Source of the DNA: Natronolimnobius baerhuensis
GTDB taxonomy: Archaea; Halobacteriota; Halobacteria; Halobacteriales; Natrialbaceae
Direction: 5' to 3'
DNA length: 64,000 nucleotides
Assembly: GCF_002177135.1 (NCBI RefSeq)
Contig: NZ_MWPH01000006.1
Coordinates: forward strand, 5,955-69,954
The position numbers were made by a program, and so were the translations under genes. Every line of letters begins with the position of its first letter. Position 1 is the stretch's first letter. The notes under the pieces were generated by a model. The model was not told where the DNA came from, made no database searches, and saw nothing but the letters and a program-made list of their open reading frames with translations. Shown here piece by piece: positions 10,501 through 19,940 of this stretch.

Positions 10501-11553
10501 TGTGCTCTGTGTATCCCAGTAGGAGTCGGAGACGGTACCACCGTCGTCGGTCCCGACGAGTCCACCAAGCGTCGTAACGCCGTCGACGGCCCCAATTGCG
10601 TACGAGCCCTCGATCGCTCCGTTGTCGTTGAGGCCGACAAGTCCGCCAGCACCGGTGGGCCTCAAATCGGTATCGCTGTCACTGGAAACCGTGCCTGTCG
10701 CGTAGGAGTGAGACACTGTCCCCTCATTCGCGCCGACGAGTCCACCCAGATCGTAGCTCCCATCGACATCGGTGCTGGCGACGGATTCCGTTATCGTCCC
10801 GCGGTTATTGCCAGCGATGCCACCCTGTGTATGGAAGGAGCCATCTATATTTCCAGAAACCGTCGTTCCTGTCACTTCTCCCGAAGCAAGTCGTCCGACC
10901 ACTCCCCCCACTATTGAGGACCCATCGACGCTGATTTCTACGGTCACGTTGGTTATCGACGACCCCCGGGCACGCCCCGCGAGACCTCCAGTACGTGCGT
11001 TGCCATCGACGGATCCCTGAATGGAGACGTCCGTCACCTCCGTATCGACCGCCAACCCGACGAGTCCGCCGGTGTCCCACTGGCCGCCGGAGACATCAAT
11101 CACTTCGAGGTGAACGTTCGTTATCTCCGCCCCATTGGTGGCCCCGAACAGTCCAGTCTCGTCCTCACCGCTGTCGATGATTAGATTCGAAATCGTGTGG
11201 CCGTCACCATCGAACTCACCCTCGAACGGATTGTCTTGACAAGAGATGCCTCCGCACTCACCGATCGGCTCGAAGCCATCGCCGTCGTTCCAGTCGGCCG
11301 TTGCGCCCGCGTCGATGTCGCTTACAAGCACATAGTTCTCGTCGAGTCCCGGCCCGTGCTTCTCGTCGCCGATACACTGTAGTTGGGTAACGTTCTCGAC
11401 CTCGTAGTACCCCAAACTGTTCGTCTCGTACGCCACGGTGCTACAATCCGGCGCGGAAGTCTCGTCGGCAGCCGCGGCCCCCGTCGCCGCCGCTACCCCG
11501 ACTGTAAGAACGACCAGCACGAGCAAACCAATGCCAACACGACGCGGATTCAT
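7513..11553 (-). CDS. giant secreted cell-surface protein with GLUG-motif repeats, Ig-like domains and PGF-CTERM archaeosortase signal
   Basis: Signal peptide 'MNPRRVGIGLLVLVVLTVGVAAATGAAAA'. More than 12 GLUG-type repeats ('GGLVG', 'GGLAG', 'GGVVG'). D/E-rich linker. C-terminal 'GTPGFSVGITLLAIVVSLAAGQRFRD' matches the PGF + TM + basic pattern of PGF-CTERM. Confidence 0.85.
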   Translation of the reverse strand: MNPRRVGIGLLVLVVLTVGVAAATGAAAADETSAPDCSTVAYETNSLGYYEVENVTQLQCIGDEKHGPGLDENYVLVSDIDAGATADWNDGDGFEPIGECGGISCQDNPFEGEFDGDGHTISNLIIDSGEDETGLFGATNGAEITNVHLEVIDVSGGQWDTGGLVGLAVDTEVTDVSIQGSVDGNARTGGLAGRARGSSITNVTVEISVDGSSIVGGVVGRLASGEVTGTTVSGNIDGSFHTQGGIAGNNRGTITESVASTDVDGSYDLGGLVGANEGTVSHSYATGTVSSDSDTDLRPTGAGGLVGLNDNGAIEGSYAIGAVDGVTTLGGLVGTDDGGTVSDSYWDTQSTGQSISGGNGEGLTTVEMTGDRAEDSMEFDFEESWDVSEGDSADGALEYYPTLQDNPQDPAPNATLYADGDGEDDPYVIEDWYHLDNVRENLDSNFTLTNDLDTETAGYDDVADAAVNNGHGFESIGEDGEEFTGWFNGSEYTISNLTIDRDEDVIGLFGYTDDATIEKVGLEDVDIHGQNYVGGLVGYNNGVISESYVTGDVKGSGEVVGGLISYNDGIVSKSYATGTVDGNFVGGLVGYNTEGTVSESYATGAVNGTTAGGLVGFHDTESDVEDSYWDTETTGQDDSAGGGEGFTTAQMTGENATALMSDFEFPAESTDGTWHATNTYPALAWQDIEPFYGVNVTDTNAPVGEGDTLEVTSEVTNWGADGDRTVELRDFDGDEQDTKAITLESGDSEKRTLRWDTVVSDAGTGSVTVTSGDDTDSEVVTVETIPQQIDATVTVDGAVADNDEEVEIEVTVADAFESPVEAATVEVDDADGLEDLTGETSETDSDGKAVFTATSSDAGVYTLEFSESDAGTADATVTFESGDPADVAIAADPANETIAADGESAITYTVVITDANDNPVANVDVEADGSDGSDLHLNGDETTTTASTDADGEVTFAVNSTTAQDAVEIVFTEQQTTIDATGSVTFEPGDVASVELDPAAEQTIDAGETVDFVATAFDEFGNVVEDDDTAFNWTNADNGTFEGTAAGEYEVTAELNEVESAPTTVTVEAVPSTGSATSSPSTAVDSDETTSVRTVGDELRADITPSVSDGISESHLEFSNTRTIELRFFTDDTTAEDRPVATTEQLDIELSDSIDTALTIREASTPTTDDVRDLDLGLEAGGYLQITTDFESDQLESATIEFTIPTEALETADGDIDAVSLYHFDSDTTEWRPLETTVLDEADNNIRFSAAVDGFSQFGVGVGTPDVDDPDSTADDTDADEASDVDADGDDSSAGDNDQDGTTDAVEDGTPGFSVGITLLAIVVSLAAGQRFRDPNRPEGKWFENR

Positions 11554-12130
11554 CGGGTACTCCGTCGAAGCGCATCTGTCGCGACCGCTCGATGTGGGAG
11601 TTCCCGCCCGTACATCCGTTCTGTCGTTCGGTCGCCGCCCCTAGCGCTCGAGCCCCGTTCAGTCACCAGTTCCCCCCGTCGCATCGGCCTCGACGGCCGG
11701 GTGATCCCGTGTAGCATGTGTGTGTATTCCGTTCGACTCGCATTCTCGGGTCGTACCTTTCACCCGAATCACTTAGCCGAGATACCAGTGCATGGTGGTA
11801 CGGAGGGAAATCGACCGGAGAGTCGATTGTGATAGTAACAACTGCAACGAGGCACACACTGATCGCGCAGCCGTCGTGCGATCAGGTGTGCATTGGCTTG
11901 CAGCGACTACTATAGTTGCCCGTGGAAACTCGTTGGAGACCAAATCGTCTGTCGGAAGGCTGTGCCGGTGGCATACGACCCTGTGTTGACAGAACGAATA
12001 CCAACGAGTAGTGGTGTGTCGAGAAATGGCACTCCGAGAAAGTCGTCGGGGGCCGGTTGATCAATTCGTTTGCGAACAAATTCGAACCGATAGAGTGGTA
12101 CTGGCTGGCGTACAAAACAATCACAGACTC

Positions 12131-14059
12131 ATGTATATCGCCGGGCTGATCGCCTACGCCGGGTCGGCACTCATCGGCGGTCTGCTGGCGGTCGCGCTGC
12201 TGACAAAATACGACCGCCGACAGCCCTCCTTTACCTTCGGTCTGTTTCTGCTCGTCATCGGCTTCTGGGCGGCGGCGTACGTCGGCTATCTGGTCGCCTC
12301 GAGCGAGCAGTGGCTCCTGTTTTTCATCCAGCTGTCGTATCTCTCAGTCGTCTCTGCGCCCATCGTCTGGCTCGTCTTCGCACTCCAGTACACCGATCAC
12401 GAGGCCTGGCTCTCGAGGCGACGGATCGCCCTGCTGTCGGTTGTTCCTGCGGGCGTCCTCACACTTGTCTGGACCGCACCATCTCACTCGCTGTTCTACG
12501 TCGACACCGTGGTCACGATAGTCGACGGCGTCGCCCTGCTCGACACGCCGCCCGCGGTCGGCCACCGAATTAATATCGTGTACGGCTACGGGCTGCTCCT
12601 GATCGGCACCGCCCTGATCGTCGCCGAAATCTTCACCACAAACCGGCTCTACCGTCGACAGTCGCTGGTGCTTTTGGCCTGTCTGAGCGCGCCGTGGTTC
12701 GCAAACGGCGTATTCCACCTCGGCGTACAACCGATTCCGACAGCGGATCTCACCCCGGTCGTCTTCGTTCTCGCCGGCATCCCACTGGCGGTGATCGTCC
12801 AGCGCGCCGAACTCACCGGCTTCGTCCCGGTCGCCCACGAACGCGTCTTTCACACCCTCGACGATCCCGTGTTCGTTCTCACCGACTCGAATCGGATCCT
12901 CGATGTCAACCGCGCTGCTCGCATCCTGGTCGACGCCGACGCCACCGTCACACCCATCGAAGGCAGCGATATTACCGACCTGCTCCCAGAAGCACTGCTC
13001 GACGACGATGACCTCCATCCCGATCTCGAGACTGCCATGGGCTGTGTGATTGACGTCGACGGCAGGCCCCGACAGTACATCGCCCGCGTTCGCGCCATCG
13101 ATCCGGGCCTGCAGGATCCACGCGGTTCTATCGTTTCCCTGACGGACATTACGGTTCAAAAACGCCAGCAAGCAAACCTCGAGGCCAAAAACGAACAGCT
13201 CGAGCGCCTCGCCAGCGTCGTCTCGCACGATCTCGCGACGCCGCTTGCAACCGGCGAGAGCCTGGTCCACCTCATCCGTGCCGATGTCGACGATGGAGAT
13301 CCGGAACTCGAGCAGTCGCTCGACGATCTCGAGGCCGTCCACGCCCGGTTGCGGGAGTTCGCCGAGGCGCTCCCCGAACTCGCACGGGAAAGCACCGACG
13401 TTGCGTCACCGGTCGAGTGCGATCTCGAGTCCGTCGCGCACGCGGCGTGGGACGTCGTAGACACTGGCGAGTTGACCCTCGTGATCGAGTCAACACGGAC
13501 AATAAGGGGAGATCCACGGCGGCTGCAGCAGGCGTTCGAAAACCTGTTCCAGAATACCGTAGCGCACGGCTCTACGAACCCTGCTTCACAGACCCAGCAG
13601 GATACCGTCGAACACGGTTCACCGGAATATCGCCCGGACGACTCCAAGATCGCCGTCGACGCTGACGTCGTCGAGCAGAACCAGAATCGGGAGGAATGCT
13701 GGGCGGGCAAAATTGCCCCTCCCAGCGAGCAGACCAGCGGGGCAGGGGAAGCGGACGACACTCGAGTCACGACGGTTCGAGTCGGAACAGTCGGGGCGGC
13801 CGTCGACGACAGGGATGTAGGGGCCGACTCCACCGCTCGAGAAATCGCCCGGAAACGCGGCTTCTACGTCGAGGACGACGGCCGCGGAATCCCGCCCGAA
13901 CGACGCGAGCACCTTCTCGAGTTCGGGGTTAGTACGGGCTCCGGTGCGGGCTACGGGCTTGCCATCGTTCGAACCATCGTCGAAGCACACGGCTGGTCCC
14001 TCGAGATCGGCGAGTCGGCCGAGGGTGGGGCGCGGTTCGAAATCCTCGAGGGCGACTGA
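12131..14059 (+). CDS. membrane sensor histidine kinase (6-7 TM, PAS, HisKA, HATPase_c with large insertion)
   Basis: N-terminal TM bundle. H-box 'SHDLATPL'. G-boxes 'GFYVEDDGRGIP' and 'GSGAGYGLAIV'. A ~90-aa acidic insertion lies between the N-box and G1. Likely start is ATG 12131 (MYIAGL). Confidence 0.8.
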   Translation: MYIAGLIAYAGSALIGGLLAVALLTKYDRRQPSFTFGLFLLVIGFWAAAYVGYLVASSEQWLLFFIQLSYLSVVSAPIVWLVFALQYTDHEAWLSRRRIALLSVVPAGVLTLVWTAPSHSLFYVDTVVTIVDGVALLDTPPAVGHRINIVYGYGLLLIGTALIVAEIFTTNRLYRRQSLVLLACLSAPWFANGVFHLGVQPIPTADLTPVVFVLAGIPLAVIVQRAELTGFVPVAHERVFHTLDDPVFVLTDSNRILDVNRAARILVDADATVTPIEGSDITDLLPEALLDDDDLHPDLETAMGCVIDVDGRPRQYIARVRAIDPGLQDPRGSIVSLTDITVQKRQQANLEAKNEQLERLASVVSHDLATPLATGESLVHLIRADVDDGDPELEQSLDDLEAVHARLREFAEALPELARESTDVASPVECDLESVAHAAWDVVDTGELTLVIESTRTIRGDPRRLQQAFENLFQNTVAHGSTNPASQTQQDTVEHGSPEYRPDDSKIAVDADVVEQNQNREECWAGKIAPPSEQTSGAGEADDTRVTTVRVGTVGAAVDDRDVGADSTAREIARKRGFYVEDDGRGIPPERREHLLEFGVSTGSGAGYGLAIVRTIVEAHGWSLEIGESAEGGARFEILEGD

Positions 14060-14244
14060 TCAGCCTGCGGCGCACCAGCGCATAGTGGTATGCGTTTTAG
14101 TATGTCCGGTGCCGACCTCTGAGCAGTGATATCGACAGCGCGACCGACAAATCGACTCGCCTCCCCACAAAAGGGGTGCCAGATCGGTCGCGACGGTCCC
14201 CCACCGACGGGAGACACCACAGCGGGCGGTGAGAAGACACCCCA

Positions 14245-15942
14245 ATGACAGCACTGAACACAGACACTAGATTGAACGACCGATACGCCCCGCCCGGGAC
14301 GGTCGACGCCCTGCTCGTCGACGACGACGAAACGTGGGCCAGAACCCAACGACGAGTCCTCGAGCGGCACTACGACGCCGTCTCAGTCTCGACGACCCAC
14401 ACGCTTCAGGACGCCCTCTACGCCCTCGAGACGGGGTCGCCAGATTGTCTCATCTGTGACTACCAACTCGGCGACGGCACCGGGCTCGAATTGCTAGAAG
14501 CGATCAGACGTGACCACCCGAAGCTGCCGTTCGTACTCGTCACCGGACAGGGGGACGAATCGGTCGCGAGCGCGGCAATCCGAGAGCACGTTACCGACTA
14601 CGTTAGAAAGGACGAACTGGCGAGTCAACCTGACCTCCTCGCCACGCGGGTCGCGTCCGTCGTGGAGGCCTATCGGACAGAGCAAGCGCTCGAGCGCGAA
14701 CGGCGGAGCAAAGAGGCGCTCCGTAGACTGGTGACCGCCAGCACAACCAGACAGGAACTCGGCCAAGGCGTTTGCCAACATTTCGTCGACGAGCACCGGT
14801 ACGCATTCGCGTGGATCGGCGTCCTCAATCGCAACGGCGCGGTCGTCCCGTTCGCCACGGCCGGCGACGACAGCTACCTCGAAGCAGTCCTCGAGCCGGG
14901 GACGAAACCTGACGACGGGGCCGAGCCAGCGGTGACGTCGCTGGCGTGTGGCGACACAGTCGTCGAATCACCGATAGACCCCGTCGGCGAAACACCAGTG
15001 TCAGTCGATGCTGAATCAAGAATCGAAGACGCAAAATTGGGCCCCGATTCCAGCGAAGAGATCGACGGGGACCAGAGCGGAGCGCAGTGGCGACACGCGG
15101 CGCTCGAGCACGGTATCGGCTCCGCGATGGCTGTCCCCATCGAGCACAACGGCGTCCATTTCGGCGTCCTCGCCGTCTACAACGACGAGGTCTCGTTCGA
15201 CGGCCAAGCGAGGGAGTTGCTCTCCGAGTACGCCGAAACGATTGGCTACGCCTTCCAGGCAACGGAGTGGCGACGGGCACTGTTCTCTTCGGCTATCACC
15301 CCCCTCGAGATCACCGTCGCGGACGAATTCTCAGCCCTCGTAGCGCTCTCCCGCAAACTGACGCGAACGGCAACAATCGAGGTCGAAACCGTCATTCCCA
15401 GAAATGACGATGAAGTGCTTTATTTGGCCTCGATCTCGGGTGCGTCCGCGAACTCGCTCGAGGACGCCGGCGAAGCCGTTGTATCCGTACGCTCGCTCGA
15501 GGTGTATGAGACCGGCGACCCTGTGCGATGCGGACTCATCGTGGAGACGCCGGTGCCGGAAACGGTCCTCGTTGAGGTGGGCAGTCGATTCCGACGAACC
15601 GTCGTTGCCGACGGTCAGATGCGTATCTTCGCGTCCGTTCAGGCTACAGAGGCGGTTCGCCCCGTAATCGATCGTCTTGAGGACGCGTTCGCCGATGCAT
15701 CGGTGACGGCGGTCTGGTCCGACCACTCACACCCAGAGGACACCGACGGGGGTGGACTGGAACGACTGACGGACCGGCAGCGTCAGGTGCTGGAACTGGC
15801 GCTCGATGCAGGATACTTCGAACGACCACGCCGGCACAACACCGGCGAACTCGCGGCGATGCTCGATATCTCTCGAGCGACCTTCACTCAGCATCTTCGT
15901 GCTGCACAGTCAAAGGTGTTCGAGGACCTGATATCTGAGTGA
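14245..15942 (+). CDS. response-regulator transcription factor (REC - GAF-like - HTH_10/Bat-type)
   Basis: REC: 'DALLVDDDE...D' (phospho-acceptor in 'ICDYQLGDGTG') and 'LVTG'. C-terminal 'LTDRQRQVLELALDAGYFERPRR...ELAAMLDISRATFTQHLRAAQSKV' is a canonical HTH_10. Confidence 0.8.
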   Translation: MTALNTDTRLNDRYAPPGTVDALLVDDDETWARTQRRVLERHYDAVSVSTTHTLQDALYALETGSPDCLICDYQLGDGTGLELLEAIRRDHPKLPFVLVTGQGDESVASAAIREHVTDYVRKDELASQPDLLATRVASVVEAYRTEQALERERRSKEALRRLVTASTTRQELGQGVCQHFVDEHRYAFAWIGVLNRNGAVVPFATAGDDSYLEAVLEPGTKPDDGAEPAVTSLACGDTVVESPIDPVGETPVSVDAESRIEDAKLGPDSSEEIDGDQSGAQWRHAALEHGIGSAMAVPIEHNGVHFGVLAVYNDEVSFDGQARELLSEYAETIGYAFQATEWRRALFSSAITPLEITVADEFSALVALSRKLTRTATIEVETVIPRNDDEVLYLASISGASANSLEDAGEAVVSVRSLEVYETGDPVRCGLIVETPVPETVLVEVGSRFRRTVVADGQMRIFASVQATEAVRPVIDRLEDAFADASVTAVWSDHSHPEDTDGGGLERLTDRQRQVLELALDAGYFERPRRHNTGELAAMLDISRATFTQHLRAAQSKVFEDLISE

Positions 15943-16045
15943 TTCTGGACGGATCAGCAACTTCCTCGGGTACACTGCTACTGGGTAGATTATGTCAGTT
16001 TGATATCAACGTCGGTATCAAACAGTGGCTTCAGCGTCGCTATCT

Positions 16046-16168
16046 CCGCTAAATGCTGAGTCGATGGATCAACATGGACGTGCGTGATCGCAACGTCGTC
16101 CGCTCGTTCTCCCAGGCTTCGTTGAAATCCGTGACGTAGCTCTCGCTGAGCAGGTCTGCGAGTTTCAT
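16046..16168 (-). mobile_element. IS6-family transposase N-terminal remnant
   Basis: Translates to 'MKLADLLSESYVTDFNEAWENERTT...'. This matches the N-terminus of the IS6 fragment at 56349 ('MQFADLLSESYAAEFDEVWERERT'). Similarity is also visible at DNA level. Confidence 0.5.
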
Positions 16169-16306
16169 TCCAAAGTGACTCAACAGTCTGTTCATTTCGC
16201 GAACTGACTCGACAAGACAGGACTGTAAAACTCTCTGCTTCCGTTCTATAATTTAGTGTCTACTTACTAAATGTAAGATTGACTCATAAGTACAGATTAG
16301 TGTCAT

Positions 16307-16318
16307 CGAAAGTATAAA
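16307..16318 (+). promoter_or_regulatory. BRE/TATA promoter 'cgaaagtataaa' for kinase 1 (leaderless)
   Basis: Lies ~30 bp upstream of ATG 16347. The identical element sits upstream of paralog 3 (23270-23282). Confidence 0.55.
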
Positions 16319-16346
16319 CATCCCACCAGAGACAGTGTGCACGTAC

Positions 16347-19300
16347 ATGGAATTCGATGGAGGGAACCACAGTTGGGTTACAACCGATGGGAAATACTTT
16401 CTTTACAGTATACTGGCACTGATCGTCACCCCAATACTGCTTCTTCTCGGCGGAATTTGGTATGTCGTCCTTGCTATTCCAGGGGCGATCATTGACTGGC
16501 TGATACTAACTATACTCGGTGACGGACTGATTCACGGGTTTTATACTGTTCTTATGATATTCGTGATCATCGTCGGTTTCGTTGCGATCTTTGGAGCCAT
16601 CGCCACTATGTTTATTGGAACAAATCCAACGCCTGAACTACCAACAGGGGTTAGAAGTGGTCTCTGGTGGCTTGGACTGCCAGTGATTGGCGCAGCGGGT
16701 CTTCTGTACGGTTTACTCTCGGGTTTTGTGATTGACTCGACAACTCAATTTCTTGTCACTCTCCCTGTATTTATTTTTGTTACACTTCTTATTGCAACGC
16801 GAACCTTGAGCGTTGTTCGACAGTCGAAATCGTCGGAGGATGTAGCGTTGACCGCAACGACAGTGCTCGCGGGTTATGTAATCGTCGCTGGCGTCCTCGA
16901 CTCGATGGCGCTGGTTGCGGTCGTTCCAGCTGTATTGGATCCAATCAGCGGATGGCCGGGTCTAGGCGCTGTGTATCTTCCGGTGTTGTTGCTCCTCTTC
17001 GTTATCCTCTCCCCACTCGAGCGACTCGGGGCAGTAGACGTGAGCGGGAGCGGAACGCTATCGGCAATTGACTCAGGTTCAATCGAAGAGTTGCCGACAC
17101 ATCTGCCGCTGTTTTTTGATGCCGAGTCCGGTGACGGGTTATTCGCTGCTCTAGCCATTGCGTTTGTACTCGTTCCCGCTGCCAGTGCACTCATCGAATC
17201 ATCGTGGCATGGGTATCGAGTCGGGACCGATATCCGTACTCAAAAACACAAACTCGGATCACGAAAACACAGGTTCGAAAAGGCCCGCAACGAGTACCGT
17301 ACCGCTGTCGAGAACGCTGAAGCCGCACTCAAGGACGACCGCTACGACGAAGCCGAACAACTCGTTACCGATGTCGCCCAACCCAAGCTGAACGCGTGCC
17401 AACGACTGCACAAAAGCTACGAAATTTCGAAGTCCACTCCCGACAGCAATCGATTGGAGAATCTCAAGTATGAGCTAGAACGATACGAAGCCGATCAAAA
17501 ACTTGAGGACCTGATTCAGCAACAGGAAGAGATCGTCGACGAATATTACCAGCACCGCGACGCGGCCAACCACGAGAAGGCGGTTGAAGCCCTGCGACAA
17601 GCAAAGTCGATCGCACGTGACTGTACAAACACAGCTTCAGGATACAATCTTGGATATGACCTCGAAGACTTGCTGTCCATGTCGACAGACGAGATTGACG
17701 CCGCGATGGCCGACCTCGAGGCAGTACAATCGAAGGCCACGCTCGAGAACATTGTAACAAAATACGTGACGACTCTCGCAGCCTTCGACGATGCGGTTTG
17801 GGACGGTAACCTCGAACGCTGCGAGACGCTATTCGAGGCGCTGCGTCAGAAACGCTCGCGGATCGAGCAACTCGAGCAAGAACTTGGAACCAACGCCAAG
17901 GCCCTCTCAGATGCTGATCGTGATCTCGATGGTCGGATCCACCACGTCACTCAGCAGGCGATTAGATCGAAATTTAACGAGGATATTGAGACCGGTGACT
18001 GCCACGGGGCGTTTGCCTGGCCCGAGGCGAAGGCACGTTACCTGCTCGCTTCGGGAACACAGGCTGCCGAAAACGGCAACTATCGAGACGCAATCGTACG
18101 AGCAGAGACTGTCTCAGATTATCTCTTACAGCACCTCGATGCCGGATCTCCAGACGATCGGAATCGAGATGCGTTGAGCAACCTACTCGGAACCGCCCGC
18201 GATCAGAAAGGGAAGTGGGAACGGCAGTTGATCGTACAACAGATCAACGACGCGGTCGACAGGGAACCGGACGAGTACGAAGAAGCGAGCAAAATCCTCA
18301 CGCGTGCGCTATCGCGGATCGATCAGACGAACGCGTTTGACGAGGAGGAGCGAGCGATCATCGAGCAGGATACCCGCAAAGCGTACGCCACCGTTCACTC
18401 GGATGGGGCATCTGCGCTCGTCGATAGCGGTAACGAACGACTCGAAGCTGGAGACGAATCGTCTGCTGTCACCTTTTACGAGAGGGCGATGACGGTTCTC
18501 GAGGATCTCAGCGATGCAGTCGCGGATTGGAACGACGTCACTAATGAACCCATTAATGAACAGTACGACGCAGTCGAACAGAAATACGTCGAGGCACAGA
18601 CGACACTTCTTGAGGAACGTATTCGTCTGGGAATCGATCAGTTCGACGCCGGTGAGTACGACGCCGCTCTCGAAACGTTCCGAGACGTGACAAACGAGAC
18701 CGAGACTGTCCGCGAGCGTGTTGAGAACGAATACGATCGTCTGCTGTATCTCCAAGACCTCACCGAAGCGAACGCGAAGACGACCCAACGAACCTCACTG
18801 GGTATTGGGACCGGATCGAAATCCCTCCAAGAACCCGAAGATGATGCGGCTGGCACAACCCAGCAAGATCATATCGATTCGAGTGCCAGTGCCACCTCAC
18901 AGGCTGCTGGTGCACCCGGAAACGACATATTCGACGCGGTTGAGGCATCGCTTCCAGATGAGATAGACTACATGCAACTCGAGAAGGACGCGGTGCTTGG
19001 GTCAGGTGGAAATGCGACCGTTCATAAAGCCAGGCTGGATGGCGACGAAACCAAGCATATCGCTCTCAAAGAGCCTCAGGTTCCTGAGGGAACAGTCGAC
19101 AAGGCACTGTTCGACCGATTCAGAGACGAAGCAGAAAACTGGGAAGAAGTCGACGATCATCCCCACGTCGTCAGCATCCTTGATCATGGTATGCACACGC
19201 TTCCCTGGATTGCGATGGAATATCTCGACGGCGGCCATCTCGGTGACCGTGTCGGGAAACTTGGAACTGAGCAGGCGTTATGGACCGCACTGGGTATCAC

Positions 19301-19802
19301 CAGAGCGATCAAACATGCTCACCGGCCTGGCATCACCCACCTCGACATCAAGCCTGAGAACATCCTCTTCAAATCGGTTGATGGGTACTGGGATATTCCC
19401 AAAGTCGCCGATTGGGGGCTAGCGAACCACCTTCTCGATCGTCCGGACGGCGTCGAAGGACTGTCGCCACAGTACGCTGCTCCGGAACAGTTTGATCCCG
19501 ATATCTTTGGCGACACCGACCTCGAGACGGACATCTACCAGCTCGGGGTCGTTTTCTACGAACTGTTTACGGGAACCCTGCCGTACGAGGGTGACCGCTA
19601 CAACGTGTTGCAGAACGATCCGGACCGAAAACCAACGCCTCCGAGTGAAATCGCAGACGTGCCACCAGAACTCGACGACGTGCTTCTGAAAGCGCTCGCT
19701 CCGGAGAAAGCAGACAGGTACGAGAATGTCGCCTTCCTCGAACAGGAATTAGAAGTGCTCTTCGAGTCGCTGGTCGAGGACATGAATCCTCCACAACGCT
19801 AG
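16347..19802 (+). CDS. membrane-anchored Hanks-type Ser/Thr protein kinase, paralog 1 (N-terminal multipass TM + ~650-aa helical/TPR-like region + C-terminal kinase)
   Basis: Kinase motifs: 'LGSGGNATV' (Gly loop), 'IALKEP' (Lys), 'HRPGITHLDIKPENILF' (catalytic loop), 'DWGLA' (DFG variant), 'SPQYAAPEQ' (APE). The six-frame track starts at GTG 16335. ATG 16347 fits the TATA spacing. Confidence 0.85.
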   Translation: MEFDGGNHSWVTTDGKYFLYSILALIVTPILLLLGGIWYVVLAIPGAIIDWLILTILGDGLIHGFYTVLMIFVIIVGFVAIFGAIATMFIGTNPTPELPTGVRSGLWWLGLPVIGAAGLLYGLLSGFVIDSTTQFLVTLPVFIFVTLLIATRTLSVVRQSKSSEDVALTATTVLAGYVIVAGVLDSMALVAVVPAVLDPISGWPGLGAVYLPVLLLLFVILSPLERLGAVDVSGSGTLSAIDSGSIEELPTHLPLFFDAESGDGLFAALAIAFVLVPAASALIESSWHGYRVGTDIRTQKHKLGSRKHRFEKARNEYRTAVENAEAALKDDRYDEAEQLVTDVAQPKLNACQRLHKSYEISKSTPDSNRLENLKYELERYEADQKLEDLIQQQEEIVDEYYQHRDAANHEKAVEALRQAKSIARDCTNTASGYNLGYDLEDLLSMSTDEIDAAMADLEAVQSKATLENIVTKYVTTLAAFDDAVWDGNLERCETLFEALRQKRSRIEQLEQELGTNAKALSDADRDLDGRIHHVTQQAIRSKFNEDIETGDCHGAFAWPEAKARYLLASGTQAAENGNYRDAIVRAETVSDYLLQHLDAGSPDDRNRDALSNLLGTARDQKGKWERQLIVQQINDAVDREPDEYEEASKILTRALSRIDQTNAFDEEERAIIEQDTRKAYATVHSDGASALVDSGNERLEAGDESSAVTFYERAMTVLEDLSDAVADWNDVTNEPINEQYDAVEQKYVEAQTTLLEERIRLGIDQFDAGEYDAALETFRDVTNETETVRERVENEYDRLLYLQDLTEANAKTTQRTSLGIGTGSKSLQEPEDDAAGTTQQDHIDSSASATSQAAGAPGNDIFDAVEASLPDEIDYMQLEKDAVLGSGGNATVHKARLDGDETKHIALKEPQVPEGTVDKALFDRFRDEAENWEEVDDHPHVVSILDHGMHTLPWIAMEYLDGGHLGDRVGKLGTEQALWTALGITRAIKHAHRPGITHLDIKPENILFKSVDGYWDIPKVADWGLANHLLDRPDGVEGLSPQYAAPEQFDPDIFGDTDLETDIYQLGVVFYELFTGTLPYEGDRYNVLQNDPDRKPTPPSEIADVPPELDDVLLKALAPEKADRYENVAFLEQELEVLFESLVEDMNPPQR

Positions 19803-19940
19803 GCTGCTCGCCGAGGCCCGGCCGAGCCGGGTACGTGGTCAATCTTGTTTCCAGTTCCTCCAAATCTGTTACTGAGAGCGATCTTTCTTCAAGGAAAGAA
19901 TCCCGCCGTTCATGGCGAGGAGGAAGTCACCAAAGCAGGA

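Noticed and set aside
12344-13342. 332-aa minus-strand ORF inside the histidine-kinase gene
   Set aside because: Antisense to a gene with unambiguous HisKA/HATPase motifs. Composition is D/G/R-rich without motifs.
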